Assembly: GCA_951406725.2 (NCBI GenBank)
Contig: OX597824.1
Location: forward strand, 83,514,001 to 83,578,000
Source: Octopus vulgaris
Lineage: Eukaryota
DNA length: 64,000 nt
Reading direction: 5' to 3'
The notes under the pieces were generated by a model. The model searched no databases. It was not told the DNA's origin and saw only the letters and a program-made list of their open reading frames with translations. Positions 41,130-54,180 of the stretch are shown here, piece after piece (position 1 is the first letter of the stretch; each line of letters starts with the position of its first letter). Made by a program: the position numbers and the translations under genes.

Positions 41130-41415
41130 AGGAAATGAAGAAAATGCTGACAAATAATTGAAGTAATTTAAGTAATTTAATTAGGTGAAAGTTCTTTTTA
41201 CCGGTTGCGCATTTGTTATGCTTATCAAAATATAAAAGAGATTAGAGTTCCTTTCTTATAGAATTTTTGAAAAATTCTATAAGAAAGGAACTCTAATCTC
41301 TCTTTTATATTTTGATAAGCATAACAAATGCGCAACCAAAAGAACTTTCACCTAATTAAATTACTTAAATTACTTCAATTATTTGTCAGCATTTTCTACA
41401 TTTCCTTTTTATATA
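41121..41415. repeat. Near-perfect ~290-bp palindrome
   Basis: Arms are reverse complements around a single G at 41269; flanked by (TA)n. Confidence 0.95.
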
Positions 41416-41444
41416 TCACCACTCGTGTTCGACATCTCCTTTTT

Positions 41445-41496
<52 letters not shown>

Positions 41497-41503
41497 CATA
41501 TAT

Positions 41504-41636
<133 letters not shown>

Positions 41637-41730
41637 AGCGATACCAATTTGTCATCTTTCTAAAAGCAACTGCAACTTTCTGTTCCACTATATGTGACTA
41701 TAATACTTCTGTTTTGATTGTTTTACACAG

Positions 41731-41874
41731 GAAAAGAAAGTCAAAGAAGCTGGTACCAACTACGGTTCTTCCAATATTCCACTTGCCGACAAATCTTTTA
41801 CAGTTTGCCATGGTTACGACTATATAGATCTGGAATGGCTTCATTTCATTGCAGAGAACTCGGATGTGGCAAAG
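41731..41874 (+). CDS. PLCB: PLC-beta exon 4 ([48 protein letters not shown])
   Basis: Acceptor ttttacacag, donor AAG|GTACAA; 144 nt open frame, phase 0/0. Confidence 0.92.
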
Positions 41875-42827
41875 GTACAAAGCTAATTCTTTTTTTACTA
41901 AACCCATGAAAAACTTTTTCTACACTGTTAATCTCTTCTCTTGTGAAGTTTCTTTCCCATTTTTCAACACAATATTTTAGTTGTTTTAATCTCCGTTTAT
42001 TCTTCGATATTACATTTACCACAAGGTAAAGAGCCCCTTTAGTCGTGAATGACTGTGGATTGCACCTAGAAAGTTCCCCTCCGAGGCACAAACCTGGGCA
42101 AGGTTGTTTATGGAAGACCTATTTCTTTACTACCCACAAGGATCTAAACACAGAGGAGACAAACAAGGACAGACAAACGGATTAAGTAGATTATATCGAT
42201 CCGAGTGCGTAACTGGTACTTATTTAATCGACCCCGAAAGGATGAAAGGCAAAGTCGACCTTGGCGGAATTTGAACCCAGAATATAACGGCAGACGAAAT
42301 ACCTATTTCTTTACTGCCCACAAGGGGCTAAACACAGAGGGGACAAACAAGGACAGAGAAACGGATTAAGTCGATTATATCGACCCCAGTGCTTAACTGG
42401 TACTTATTTAATCAACCCCGAAAGGATGAAAGGCAAAGTTGACCTTGGCGGAATTTGAACCCAGAATATAACGGCAGACGAAATACTGCTAAGCATTTTG
42501 CCCGACGTGCTAACATTTCTGCCAAAGACCAACAGTCGGTCATGCATACCAGTCACCCCTCTCCACACCACCGATGATATCCAAGAGAGAGGCAAAGGCT
42601 AATACAGCTTGGCACTAGTGATGTCACAACTCTTTTCTATAGATGAATGAACCGGAAAAACATGAACTAAAGTGTCTTGCTCAAGAGCACAACACAACCC
42701 AGTCTGGGAATTGATCCCGCTACCTCATGATTGTGTGCCTGATGCTCTAACCACTGAGCCATGCACCTTCATATTTACCACAAATACATACATATATGCT
42801 GGGCCATTTTAACATTATGGATGGATG

Positions 42828-43201
42828 GAAGCACTCCGTCGGTTACGACGACGAGGGTTCCGGTTGATCCGAATCAACGGAACAGCCTGCTCATAAAATT
42901 AACGTGTAAGTGGCTGAGCACTCCACAGACACGTGCACCCTTAACGTAGTTCTCGGGGATATTCAGTGTGACACAGAGAGTGACAAGGCCAGCCCTTTGA
43001 AATACAGGTACAACAGAAACAGGAAGTAAGAGTGAGAGAAAGTTGTGGTGAAAGAGTACAGCAGGGATCACCACCATCCCCTGCCGGAGCCTCGTGGAGC
43101 TTTAGGTGTTTTTGCTCAATAAACACTCACAATGCCCGGTCTGGGAATCGAAACCGCGATCCTATGACCGCGAGTCCGCTGCCCTAACCACTGAGCCATT
43201 G
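42828..43201 (-). mobile_element. tRNA-derived SINE, family A
   Basis: Reverse complement of 5199-5579; TSD ccattttaacattat. Confidence 0.9.
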
Positions 43202-44144
43202 CTGGACCATTTTAACATTATAGGACCCTGGGGATATCAATGTATTAGGGCCTTTAGTATTTATTTATTAATAGTAAGTCACAGAATACGTAGATCATGG
43301 ATGAAAACATGTCCTGTCATGGTGAAATACTACCTTATTTACAAACAAGTGATGTTTGGCAACAGGGAGGGTATCTTGTAGTGGGAAATTTGTTTCAGCG
43401 AATTCCTTTTTACTCATGAAAGCATGGAAAAAGTGGGCATTAAAATGGTGGTTGTGGTGGTGAAGGAGGGGAGAGAAAGGGGGAAAGGAATAGGGGAAGG
43501 AAGAAGACAAGAATGAAGAAGAGGAGGAGAAAGAGGGTAAGAGGAAGAGGGGAAGAAGAGGACAAGGAGGAGGAGGGAGATGATGAGGAAAAAGAGGAAA
43601 AGCAAGAGGTGGTGGATGATGATGATGATGATGATGATGTATTTGCATGGAGGCAAGCTATAGTTATGGGTATTAAGGAAGATCAAAGTTGAGATCATTG
43701 CCAAATCTGATTGGCTCGTTTCCAATTTTCTAATTAAATCTTACTGGATAGTTCCCTTTATTTACATCTCTGACCCCACTAATTTTCTGTTGCTGACCCC
43801 CACTAATGTCAAAAGTACTAATTGATCTATCAGTAAATTGATAGATCTCACAATAGTTAATCCTGTAGGTGACCTGTTTCTTTGACCTTTGTATGACATC
43901 AAATGCTAGATGAGTAGAGAGATGTGTAGAAAGATACTTAGGCAGAGAGGGAGAAAGGAGAAAGATGGAGAGAAGAGAGAGAGAGATGGAGTGAGGGAGA
44001 AATGAGGGTATCAGTACAGATGTCATACACATCATACATATGTATATGTATATATATATATACAGATGTGTGGTACAACAAAGCACCAATATTTACTGGA
44101 AAATAGCAATCAATACAAATACAACGCTATTGTATAGCTTCAGT

Positions 44145-44525
44145 GGAGGCGCAATGGCCCAGTGGTTAGGGCAGCGGACTCGCGGTCATAGGATCGCGGT
44201 TTCGATTCCCAGACCAGGTGTTGTGAGTGTTTATTGAGCGAAAACACCTAAAGCTCCACGAGGCTCCTGCAGGGGATGGTGGTGATCCCTGCTGTACTCT
44301 TTCACCACAACTTTCTCTCACTCTTACTTCCTGTTTCTGTTGTACCTGTATTTCAAAGGGCCGGCCTTGTCACTCTCTGTGTCACGCTGAATATCCCCGA
44401 GAACTACGTTAAGGGTGCACGTGTCTGTGGAGTGCTCAGCCACTTACACGTTAATTTCACGAGCAGGCTGTTCCGTTGATTCGGATCAACCGGAACCCTC
44501 GTCGTCGTAACCGACGGAGTGCTTC
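44145..44525 (+). mobile_element. tRNA-derived SINE, family A
   Basis: Near-identical to 24054-24434; TSD atagcttca. Variants with different 3' parts at ~6840-7130 and ~61353-61597. Confidence 0.9.
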
Positions 44526-45736
44526 TAAAAAATAGCTTCACTGCGTATATACTAGCAAAGACGTGTGTGTGCAACAAACATGAAAAATTTGTCTTACCGC
44601 TAGGAAGAACATTCGATAAATGGGCAACCCAGAATCGCATAATGCAGGACCGGTTTCTGACTCTTCAAGTACCTTTGTCAATGTAAATTTGATCAGTCTT
44701 CATCAGCTGTATTTACCTCGACAATATTTCAAATTTTGCCACATACACAGTCATACATGCATATATACATACATGATGATTGCCTCATCTTGTCACATAA
44801 TAGCCGTCTCACATTCAGCTATGATTCTAAAATCATGGTCTTCATTCCTGAACCAGGGCAATGCATTGTATTCTTGAGCAAAACACTTCATTTCACATTG
44901 CACCAGTCCACTCAGCTGGAACTGAGTTCCAGCAATAACTCAGAGGTTAGCCATGTGGTGGACTGGTGCCCTATTCAGGGGGGCAGTGCTGTAATCTTAG
45001 TCACTTTTAAACCAGGTTAAGCACTGTCCTTAAGAACGCTTAGGGTTCATGACAGACCCATGAGAAAAGTGTGTGCTTTTATGAGATATTGGCCAGGATT
45101 GTTCATGTATACACAAACACACACACACACACACACACAATATGTATATACAGGAGTATATATATACATATGTGTGTGTGTGGGTATATCTATGTTTTAT
45201 ATATATATATGTTTACCTGACATCAAATGATGGCAATGGTATGTATGTATACATGTGTGTGTGTGTATATATGTGTGTGTATGTGTGTATATATATATAC
45301 ACACACACACATATATGTATACACACATACATATGCATACATACATACATATGTATGTACATCCATCCATCCATCCATACATACATACATACAAACATAC
45401 ATACATACATGTGTACATTACATGCATTACGAACAAACAAAATAATGTGAACTAAGTATAGCCACTGCTTTATGCAGGGTCAATATATTATATTGTACAA
45501 TAGTTGAAGTTGAAAATTTTTCCATCACTTAAAAGTTTCAAACTAGAACAGCAATCTTCAGATGGTTTATCAACTACTTACAAAGGAAAAGAGTTCTAGC
45601 AGTTTGAAAGGATGAAAGGCAAAGTCGACCTCGGCAGAATTTGAACTCAGAATGCAGTGGCATACAAAATACTGCTAAGTATTTCACCCAGCATGCTAAC
45701 GATTCTGCCAGTTCGCCACCTTTATGATAATAATAA

Positions 45737-45809
<73 letters not shown>

Positions 45810-45810
<1 letters not shown>

Positions 45811-46017
45811 GACAAATACATAACAAAAACACCAGGACTTACAAACACATATAACATACAGAAAATTGCACTACTAGGCACTGCACACATCCTACGCAGA
45901 ACACTTTCCATACAATAACCATCAGAGCATCACAACAAATCACAGCACATACCTAAGGCACACAGAGCTGCGCTCGGTAGTGAAGTGAAAGCACGCTATA
46001 AAACTAAAACTACTGAA
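45810..46017 (+). mobile_element. R4/Dong-like LINE 3' end inserted in a (TAA)n tract
   Basis: Peptide IQKIALLGTAHILRRTLS* then a 3' UTR; (TAA)n on both sides, the known Dong-type target. Confidence 0.7.
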
Positions 46018-46021
46018 TGAT

Positions 46022-46059
<38 letters not shown>

Positions 46060-46779
46060 CAACACCAACAGCAACAACACTGATGACAGCAGTAACAACT
46101 TTAGTAGTAGTAGTAGTAGTTTTTGTTGTTGTTGTTGTAACAATAATGATGATGATGATAGTAATAATAATAATAAGGATCATAATAAATTCTAATATAG
46201 ATATAAGACCTATAATTAAAAGGCGTATCACACACACATACATACTAATGCCAACACATACACATAATACACAAATGCACCAATATACATGCACACATAG
46301 AATAAACACACACAAACTAATAATCACTCACTAATACACATACGCATACTTTAATATACACACGCTCATACACGCACATTGCTGGTGGTGCTGATAGTGA
46401 TGCTGATGGTGATGATGGTACTTTGACAGAGAACAATTAATTACCAGTGGATAGCAGAAAGGAAGAAAAAAATTATCATTTCTGAACATAACGAGCTAAT
46501 TTAATGCTTGTAAAGGACAAAACATGAGAGTCAGGTCATACGTACTTTTGTACGATTAGAGATAATACTTTCTTCTTTCCTACTTTCTTCCTTTCTACTT
46601 CCCTTTTGTTCTTCCTTTCTTTGGTTAGTCAACTGTCCCTGATCAGCAATATCTACAAATGGGCAACCACACTTATGTCCAGATGACACCCAGTGACATT
46701 AAGCTTCACTTTCTGTGTGTTATACATCTATGTGAGTAGTTCAACTCAGTGTACTAGTAATGCACCTTGATCCTAAGAA

Positions 46780-47430
46780 AGCCGTTTGAGCCAAGGAAGG
46801 AGACTTGAGCAAAAGAAGAATCCTGAAACTATGACATCCAGAGTCATTAGGCATCACTTTTTGTATTTTGTACACCCATGGGAGTAGTTTAGCTCAGTGC
46901 TAATAATGAACATTTCTCAAAAAAAAAGAAAAAAGATGCTTGAGCCAAGGAGAAAGTCTTAAGCATAGGAAGGAATCTTGAACCTACAATGCAGACTCAA
47001 GTCACTGAGTGATTCTTGAGTCAAAGAGAGTGTCTTGAAACAATGAAGAGACATGAACAAACAATGGAAATTTGAACTGTTGAGGAAGATTTGAGCCAAT
47101 GAGAGAGACTCAAGCTAATGAGAGAGACTTGAGCCAATAACAGAAATTAACCAAATGAGGGAAACTTAAATCCAACAAAGAAGATATGATCCTAGGTTGA
47201 AGACTTGAATCATAGATGGAAACTTGAGTCAATGAAGAAAACTTGATCCAGCAAGGGGTGGGGGTGATCTTAGAAGAGAGACTTGACTCAATATCCAGAA
47301 CTTGAGCCAATGACTGATACTTGATCCAGTGATGGAGACTTGAACCTAGGAATGAGACTTGGCTCAATGATGGAAACTTAAGTTAAGAAGGGAATTGTAA
47401 ACCTACAAGTGAGACTTGAATCAAGGAGAA
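46780..47430. repeat. Degenerate 19-bp minisatellite
   Basis: Consecutive 19-mers such as acttgagccaatgactgat, acttgatccagtgatggag, acttgaacctaggaatgag, acttggctcaatgatggaa. Confidence 0.75.
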
Positions 47431-48360
47431 GGTTTCTGATTTGCCTTTTCTTAGATCTAATAGCATCTTACAAAAGGAAAGACATGGATTTTGTAGTCCT
47501 GGGTACTGTATGCCTCAAAAACAAAACTGAATAGTCATGGCTGGAACGTCCCTGATTATAGGTCTTCTTGACCAGGACTGACCATAACACTCAAAATCTG
47601 CAACCAATATTACAAGTAGTAGTAGTAGTAGTGGTGGTGGTGGTGGTGGTGGTGGTGTTGCTGGTGCTGGTAGTGGCAACAACAGCACTTGCAGTTGTTG
47701 TTGTAATTTCAGCAGTAGCAACAATAGTTCTGGGTGTTTTTATTTAGCTTCCAGATTAGTATATACAGTGTCCAGGACTATCTTTCCTCTGAGGGAACCA
47801 CTGTATGATTGCTTGAACACCTAGGAATAGCAGCAAAATCTCCTTCAAATTAACCCTTTAGTATTCAGATTATTCTGTTGAATGTAATGCTTGTTTATTC
47901 ACATTGTTTTGAATTTATCATCTGTTATTTTGTAGCTTTGATATTTTGATGGTGTGTTTGTTTATTTTGAGAACAACATTATAGGATACATGTGAGAGGC
48001 TGGATCTGGCCAGTATAAGCATAAAACGGGTAAACTATTTCAGCCTGATATTAAAGGGTTAAAAACCCGACCTTCCTAAATACTGAGGGTTAAATACTGA
48101 GGCACCGGCTGCCTTAAAGGGTTTAATTGAACAAATTGACCCCAGTACTTTTTTTTAATGTTTGGTAATTATTCTCTTTTACCCCCAAACAAACCAGCAC
48201 CAGTTGTCAAGTAGAGTGGTGGTGATATGCCAAACACAAATACAAAGGCACACACACACACACACATTGTTTATAACATGTTTCTACACTTTTAACTTCT
48301 ACCAAATCCACTCACAAACCATTGGTCGACTTGGGGCTATAATAGAAGACATTTGCCCAA

Positions 48361-48958
48361 GCGACGAGCTGGCAGAAACGTTAGCACGCCGGGCGAAATG
48401 CTTAGCGGTATTTCGTCTGCTGCTACGTTCTGAGTTCAAATTCCGCCATGGTCAATTTTGCCTTTCATCCTTTCGGGGTCGATAAATTAAGTACCAGTTA
48501 CGCACTGGGGTCGATGTAATCGACTCAATCCGTTTGTCTGTCCTTGTTTGTCCTCTCTGAGTTTAGCCCCTTGTGGGTAGTAAAGAAATAGGTATTTTGT
48601 CTGCCGCTACGTTCTGAGTTCAAATTCCGCCAAGGTCGACTTTGCCTTTCATCCTTTCGGGGTCAATAAATTAAGTACGTGTTACATACTGGGGTCGATG
48701 TAATCGACTTAATCCGTTTGTCTGTCCTTGTTTGTCCTCTCTGTGTTTAGCCCCTTGTGGGAAGTAAAGAAATAGGTATTTCGTCTGCTGCTACGTTCTG
48801 AGTTCAAATTCCGCCAAGGTCGACTTTGCCTTTCATCCTTTCGGGGTCAATAAATTAAGTACCTGTTACACACTGGGGTCGATGTAATCGACTTAATCCG
48901 TTTGTCTGTCCTTGTTTGTCCCTTCTATCTTTAGCCCCCTGAGGGCAATAAAGAAATA
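48361..48958 (+). mobile_element. SINE family C with a 184-bp body unit in three tandem copies, nested in a family B copy
   Basis: Units start at 48407, 48591, 48775; flanked by direct repeat agaagacatttgcccaag (48344-48361 and 48959-48976). Confidence 0.9.
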
Positions 48959-49312
48959 AGAAGACATTTGCCCAAGCTGCCATGCAGTGGGACTGAACCC
49001 AAAGCCACATGGTTACATATTGAGTTTATTAAGCCCACAGCCATGTGTGTATATTTAGCTGTTCACCATATCTACCTGTAAAACTGTTCACTCGTTCACC
49101 TGTTCACCTGTTAGTTAACAAGATATAACTGGAGAAAGCCAAATCTTAGATTAAGCTGATGTTGCATGTCTTTGGCTGACAAACTTCAGCTGGGCTGATA
49201 TCAGTTACCATGGTTACAAACCAAAGCTTGTTTGTCGTGGCACTGATATTTAGTATCCATTGTCATGGCTACAACAGACCTGTAAGACTCACATACAAAT
49301 ACATGTTGTAGT

Positions 49313-49349
<37 letters not shown>

Positions 49350-49648
49350 GTTGTTGTTGTTGTTGTTGGCAGAATAATTCAATTAATCCAAAACCAGCAT
49401 CAACAACAACAACAACACGAAAGAAAAAATAATGTTTTAAAAAATGGGAAACAAAAGAAAAAAATGTGCACTCTTAAGTTGGTGCCAGACCCATGGAAAC
49501 ACATGTTGTTACTATACCAGAGCAGTAGGGGTCGCTAATGAAAAGAATCAGTTTGCAAATAAACACACACACACACACACACACATACACATCGCAAAGT
49601 TCAAGCTATATGTGGACATGCATGTGTGTATGAATGTCTCTTTATCTA

Positions 49649-49758
<110 letters not shown>

Positions 49759-49767
49759 GTGTGTCTA

Positions 49768-49851
<84 letters not shown>

Positions 49852-49852
<1 letters not shown>

Positions 49853-50166
49853 TCTGGTGGTACGTAAAAAGCACTATCCGACTCGTGGCCGATGCCAGCG
49901 CCGCCTCGACTGGCTTCCGTGCTGGTGGCACGTAAAATACACCAATTCGACCGTGGCCGTTGCCAGCCTCGCCTGGCACCTGTGCAGGTGGCACGTAAAA
50001 AGCACCCACTACACTCACGGAGTGGTTGGCGTTAGGAAGGGCATCCAGCTGTAGAAACATTGCCAGATAAGACTGGAGCCTGGTGCAGCCTTCTGGCTTC
50101 CCAGACCCCAGTTGAACCGTCCAACCCATGCTAGCATGGAAAACGGACGCTAAATGATGATGATGA

Positions 50167-50170
<4 letters not shown>
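49852..50170 (+). mobile_element. Repeat family D (RTE-related non-autonomous retroposon with (GAT)n tail)
   Basis: GGTTGGCGTTAGGAAGGGCATCC motif recalled from RTE-clade elements; copies at ~8260-8643, 12057-12235(-), 20175-20610, 32365-32760(-), 57080-57375, 58841-59137. Confidence 0.75.
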
Positions 50171-50201
<31 letters not shown>

Positions 50202-50864
50202 AAATCCAAATAATCTTTTCTCTAGGCATAACCTGAAATTTTTTAGGGAGGGGGCCAGTTGATTAGATCGACCCCGGTACACTAATACTTGATTTATCGA
50301 CTCCAAAAAGATGAAAGGTAAAGTCAACCTCAGCAGAATTTGAACTCAGAATGTAACAGCAGACAAAAAACCGTTTAGCATTTCACTTGGCATGCTAACG
50401 ATTCTATCAACTCGCTGTCTTTATATAATAATGTCTTATATATATATATAAGAAGACAAAGAAATCTTCTAACATATCTTTACAGTAAAATCAGGATTTT
50501 CTACACTTGAAAAATTTTGGTATTAGTCTGGAATCCAACAGTAATGAGAGCCCAGAATTTGGGTCAAGTGCTTCTCTGGAAATACCCAACATTTATACCC
50601 TACTGGGACCTAAGATATATCTTACTTTTATTCCTTCTTTAACTGGTTTTAGTCATTTGGCTGCGGCCATGCTAGAGCACTGCCTTTAGTCAAATAAATT
50701 GACCTCAGGACTTATTCTTGGTAAGACTAGTACTTATTCTATTGGTCTCTTATGCTGAACCACTAAGTTATGGGGATGTAAATACACCAGCATTGGTTGT
50801 CAAGCAATGTTGGAGGGACAAACACAGACACACAAACACATACACACACACACACACACACATA

Positions 50865-50933
<69 letters not shown>

Positions 50934-53396
50934 GTATATATATATATATGCAACGGGCTTCTTTCAGTTTCCGTCTACCAAATCCACTCAAAAGGCTTTG
51001 GTCAGCCCGAGGCTATAGTAGAAGACACATGACCAAGGTGCCACTCAGTAGGACTGAACCTGGAACAATGTGGTTGGTAAGCAGGCTACTTACCACACAG
51101 CCACTCCTACGCCTATTAAAAACTTTTTTAAACTTACATTGTTTTTAATTAAAAAAGAAAATATTTAAAATGTTTATATTCATGAGACAATGTTATAATA
51201 AAGCAATACTGGTGCACATGTGTGTGTGTGTGTGTGTGTGTGTTTGTATTTCTGGCACAAAAATGTTAAAGTGCTCAATGCTGCTTTAAGCCAAAAGTGT
51301 GTAAGGCTCAATATATTTTCTTTTATTCATATGTAAGTTAAAGAGGATTACATTTCCATAATTTTGTTCAGTCAATGTGGTGATTGGTTGACAATGTCTG
51401 TCAACGAATTGAGAAGAATAAATCACAGACAACTTTATGTATTGTATTTCCTGCCATTTTCACCAGAACACTTTGATGTTTACATCATCAACTGCCACTT
51501 ATCGTGCATTAGAAAGGATTTAAAACAAAGGGAAAAAAATGTTTTTTCAAAATTCATGAATCAAAACATGGGCTTCTGTTGGCAAGCTGAAACTAGTTTA
51601 TTTCTTTCATTTAGGACCTGGATTAAGGGGGTGAATAACATAGAACCTCCATCCATCCATCCATCCATCCATCCATCCATCCATTCATCCATCCATCCAT
51701 CCATCCATCCATCCATTTCTTTACTACCCACAAGGGGCTAAACACAGAGAGGACAAACAAGGACAGACAAACGAATTAAGTCAATTATATCAACCCCAGT
51801 GCGTAACTGGTACTTATTTAATTCGACCCCGTAAGGATGAAAGGCAAAGTCGACCTCGGCGGAATTTGAACTCACAACGTAACGACAGACGAAATACTGC
51901 TAAGCATTTCGTCTGGCGTGCTAACATTTCTGCCAGCTCGCCACCTTTGTCTATCCATCCATCAATCTATCTAAACATACATGCATACATATCCATATTC
52001 ATGTGGTTTTCCAAGAGATGACAGATATTATGATGGAGGTAATTATTTCTTGATAATATGAAGCAGGATTAGAAATTTGAATTTGAAATTAAGGAAATAT
52101 GAGGAAAAAGTTGCAAAGAATTCACATTTTTTTCATTACTCTTTATGAAGTTCTTACAGTTTCTAGTGGGTGGTTGCATTCTTTTTAGAAATCATCAGCA
52201 TTGGTTGTCAACACACCAGCCGCGGTTGTCAAGCAATGTTGGGGGGACAAACTCAGACACACAAACATATACACACACATACATACATATATATATACAT
52301 ATATATGACGGGCTTCTTTCAGTGTCCGTCTACCAAATCCAAGGCTTTGGTCAGCTCGAGGCTATAGTAGAAGACACTTGCCCAAGGTGCCACACAGTTG
52401 GACTGAACCCAGAACCATTTGGTTGGTAAGCAAGCTACTTACCACATAGCCACTCCTGCACCTATATATATGAGGGGACCCCCTCCCCACTTCAAAGATG
52501 ATGTATGAGCATTCAGCTTTTGTTGAACGACCTGCACAAAGGATTTGTTTATAGTAACCAAATGTTCATGCTGCCCATTAGCTCACTTCCTCCATCAAAT
52601 TGACTTTTTCTGAACCGGTGCATGGTGTACCACATGTCAGGTTTTGAAGAGATCACAGAGCAACATGAGATGAAGTATTTTTGCTCAAGAACACAACGCA
52701 CCACCTGGTCTAGGAATTGAAATCATGATCTAGTGATCACGAGTCCAACACCCTGACCACTAGGCCATGCACTCACACACACATGCACACATATTACATG
52801 CTGGCATAAATATAAAAAGCTCCCATGTTGGTGCCAAGTAACAGCATCATGTAAGAGTGCCATGCCATAGAATCCAAGTCAAATCTAAATCAGACTGGAA
52901 CCTAGTGCAGCTCTCCTCCTTGCCAGCTCTGGTCAAACTGTCCTCTCCATGGCGACATGGAAAACAGACGTTAAATGAATTATTATTGATGATGATGATG
53001 GTGGTGGTGGTGGTGGTGGAGGAGGTGGTGGTAAGTAGCTTGCTTACAAACCACATGGTTCCGGGTACAGTCCCACTGCCTGGCACCTTGGGCAAGTGTC
53101 TTTTACTATAGCCTTGGGCCGACCAAAGCCTTGTGAGTGGATTTGGTAGACAGAAACTGAAAAGAAGCCCATCGTATATATATATATATTATATATAAAT
53201 GTATGTGTGTGTGTATGTGTTTGTGTGTCTGTGTTTGTCCCCACCAACATCGCTTGGTGGTGGTGGTGGTGGTGATGCTGTAGGTGGTAATGGTGATGAT
53301 GATGGTGATGATGATGATGATGTAAGTGTATTCCTGTATATATTCTTGCTTCTACCTCTTCTCATTATTCATTCCCTATTGTTATAATTAAAACAG

Positions 53397-53536
53397 AAAT
53401 GGACAGAAGAAGTGTTCAAATATGCCTACAACCTGCTCTCCCTAAACAAGAACCAGTTGGGTGAATGGGAGAAGCTTTACTTCAGGTTAACAACAGTAGA
53501 AGTGGAGGCTGGTGGAAAGAAAGTCCCTGTCAAAGC
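53397..53536 (+). CDS. PLCB: PLC-beta exon 5 (KWTEEVFKYAYNLLSLNKNQLGEWEKLYFRLTTVEVEAGGKKVPVK)
   Basis: Acceptor aaacag, donor GC|GTGAGT; 140 nt, phase 0/2; PH C-terminal helix with conserved Trp. Confidence 0.92.
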
Positions 53537-53588
53537 GTGAGTATCACCTCTTCACAATAATATATATGTGTATCTGTGAGTGTACCCG

Positions 53589-53623
<35 letters not shown>

Positions 53624-53889
53624 CATAACTGTTCACCAGAGACAATATGAAACAAATATACAGTCTCATTATGTTATTGAAGAAAACTAGTTTGTTATAT
53701 CGGAGAATGTGTGTGACCTTGACTACATAAAAAAAGCTAATGAGACCTGATAAGGTTGAATTCATAGTGTACCAAGGTTGTTAATAGATACTATTGTAGT
53801 TCTGTACCTATTCTTTCATAATTTGAATGAAACTTTATCAGAGCCGCCTATTCTTATATGGTGGTGAGCCTAAAGAATCGTTACCAATC

Positions 53890-54104
53890 TATGAAGGGGT
53901 GCTGAAAAGTTCCTGGCTTTAAGGGAATTGTGAAAAGCCTGGTTGGAGGCCCAAACTTCCAAGTTCTTTTACAGAGCTTAAAAAAAAACCGAAGGGTCAC
54001 AGCAATAAGTGTGTGAATCTGAGAGGGGAATATGCTGAATAAAATCATAATTAGCTGATGCTCCTCTATTTTCTCTTACCCAAATCCAGGAACCTTTCAG
54101 CACT

Positions 54105-54109
<5 letters not shown>
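53890..54109. mobile_element. Mariner-type MITE (partial second copy ~54647-54850)
   Basis: ~25-bp TIRs ggggtgctgaaaagttcctgg / ccaggaacctttcagcactccc with TA flanks. Confidence 0.7.

Positions 54110-54180
<71 letters not shown>

Noticed and set aside
46780-47430. CRISPR-like repeat-spacer array
   Set aside because: Eukaryotic intron; units are 19 nt with a short degenerate core, no constant repeat with unique spacers, no cas genes
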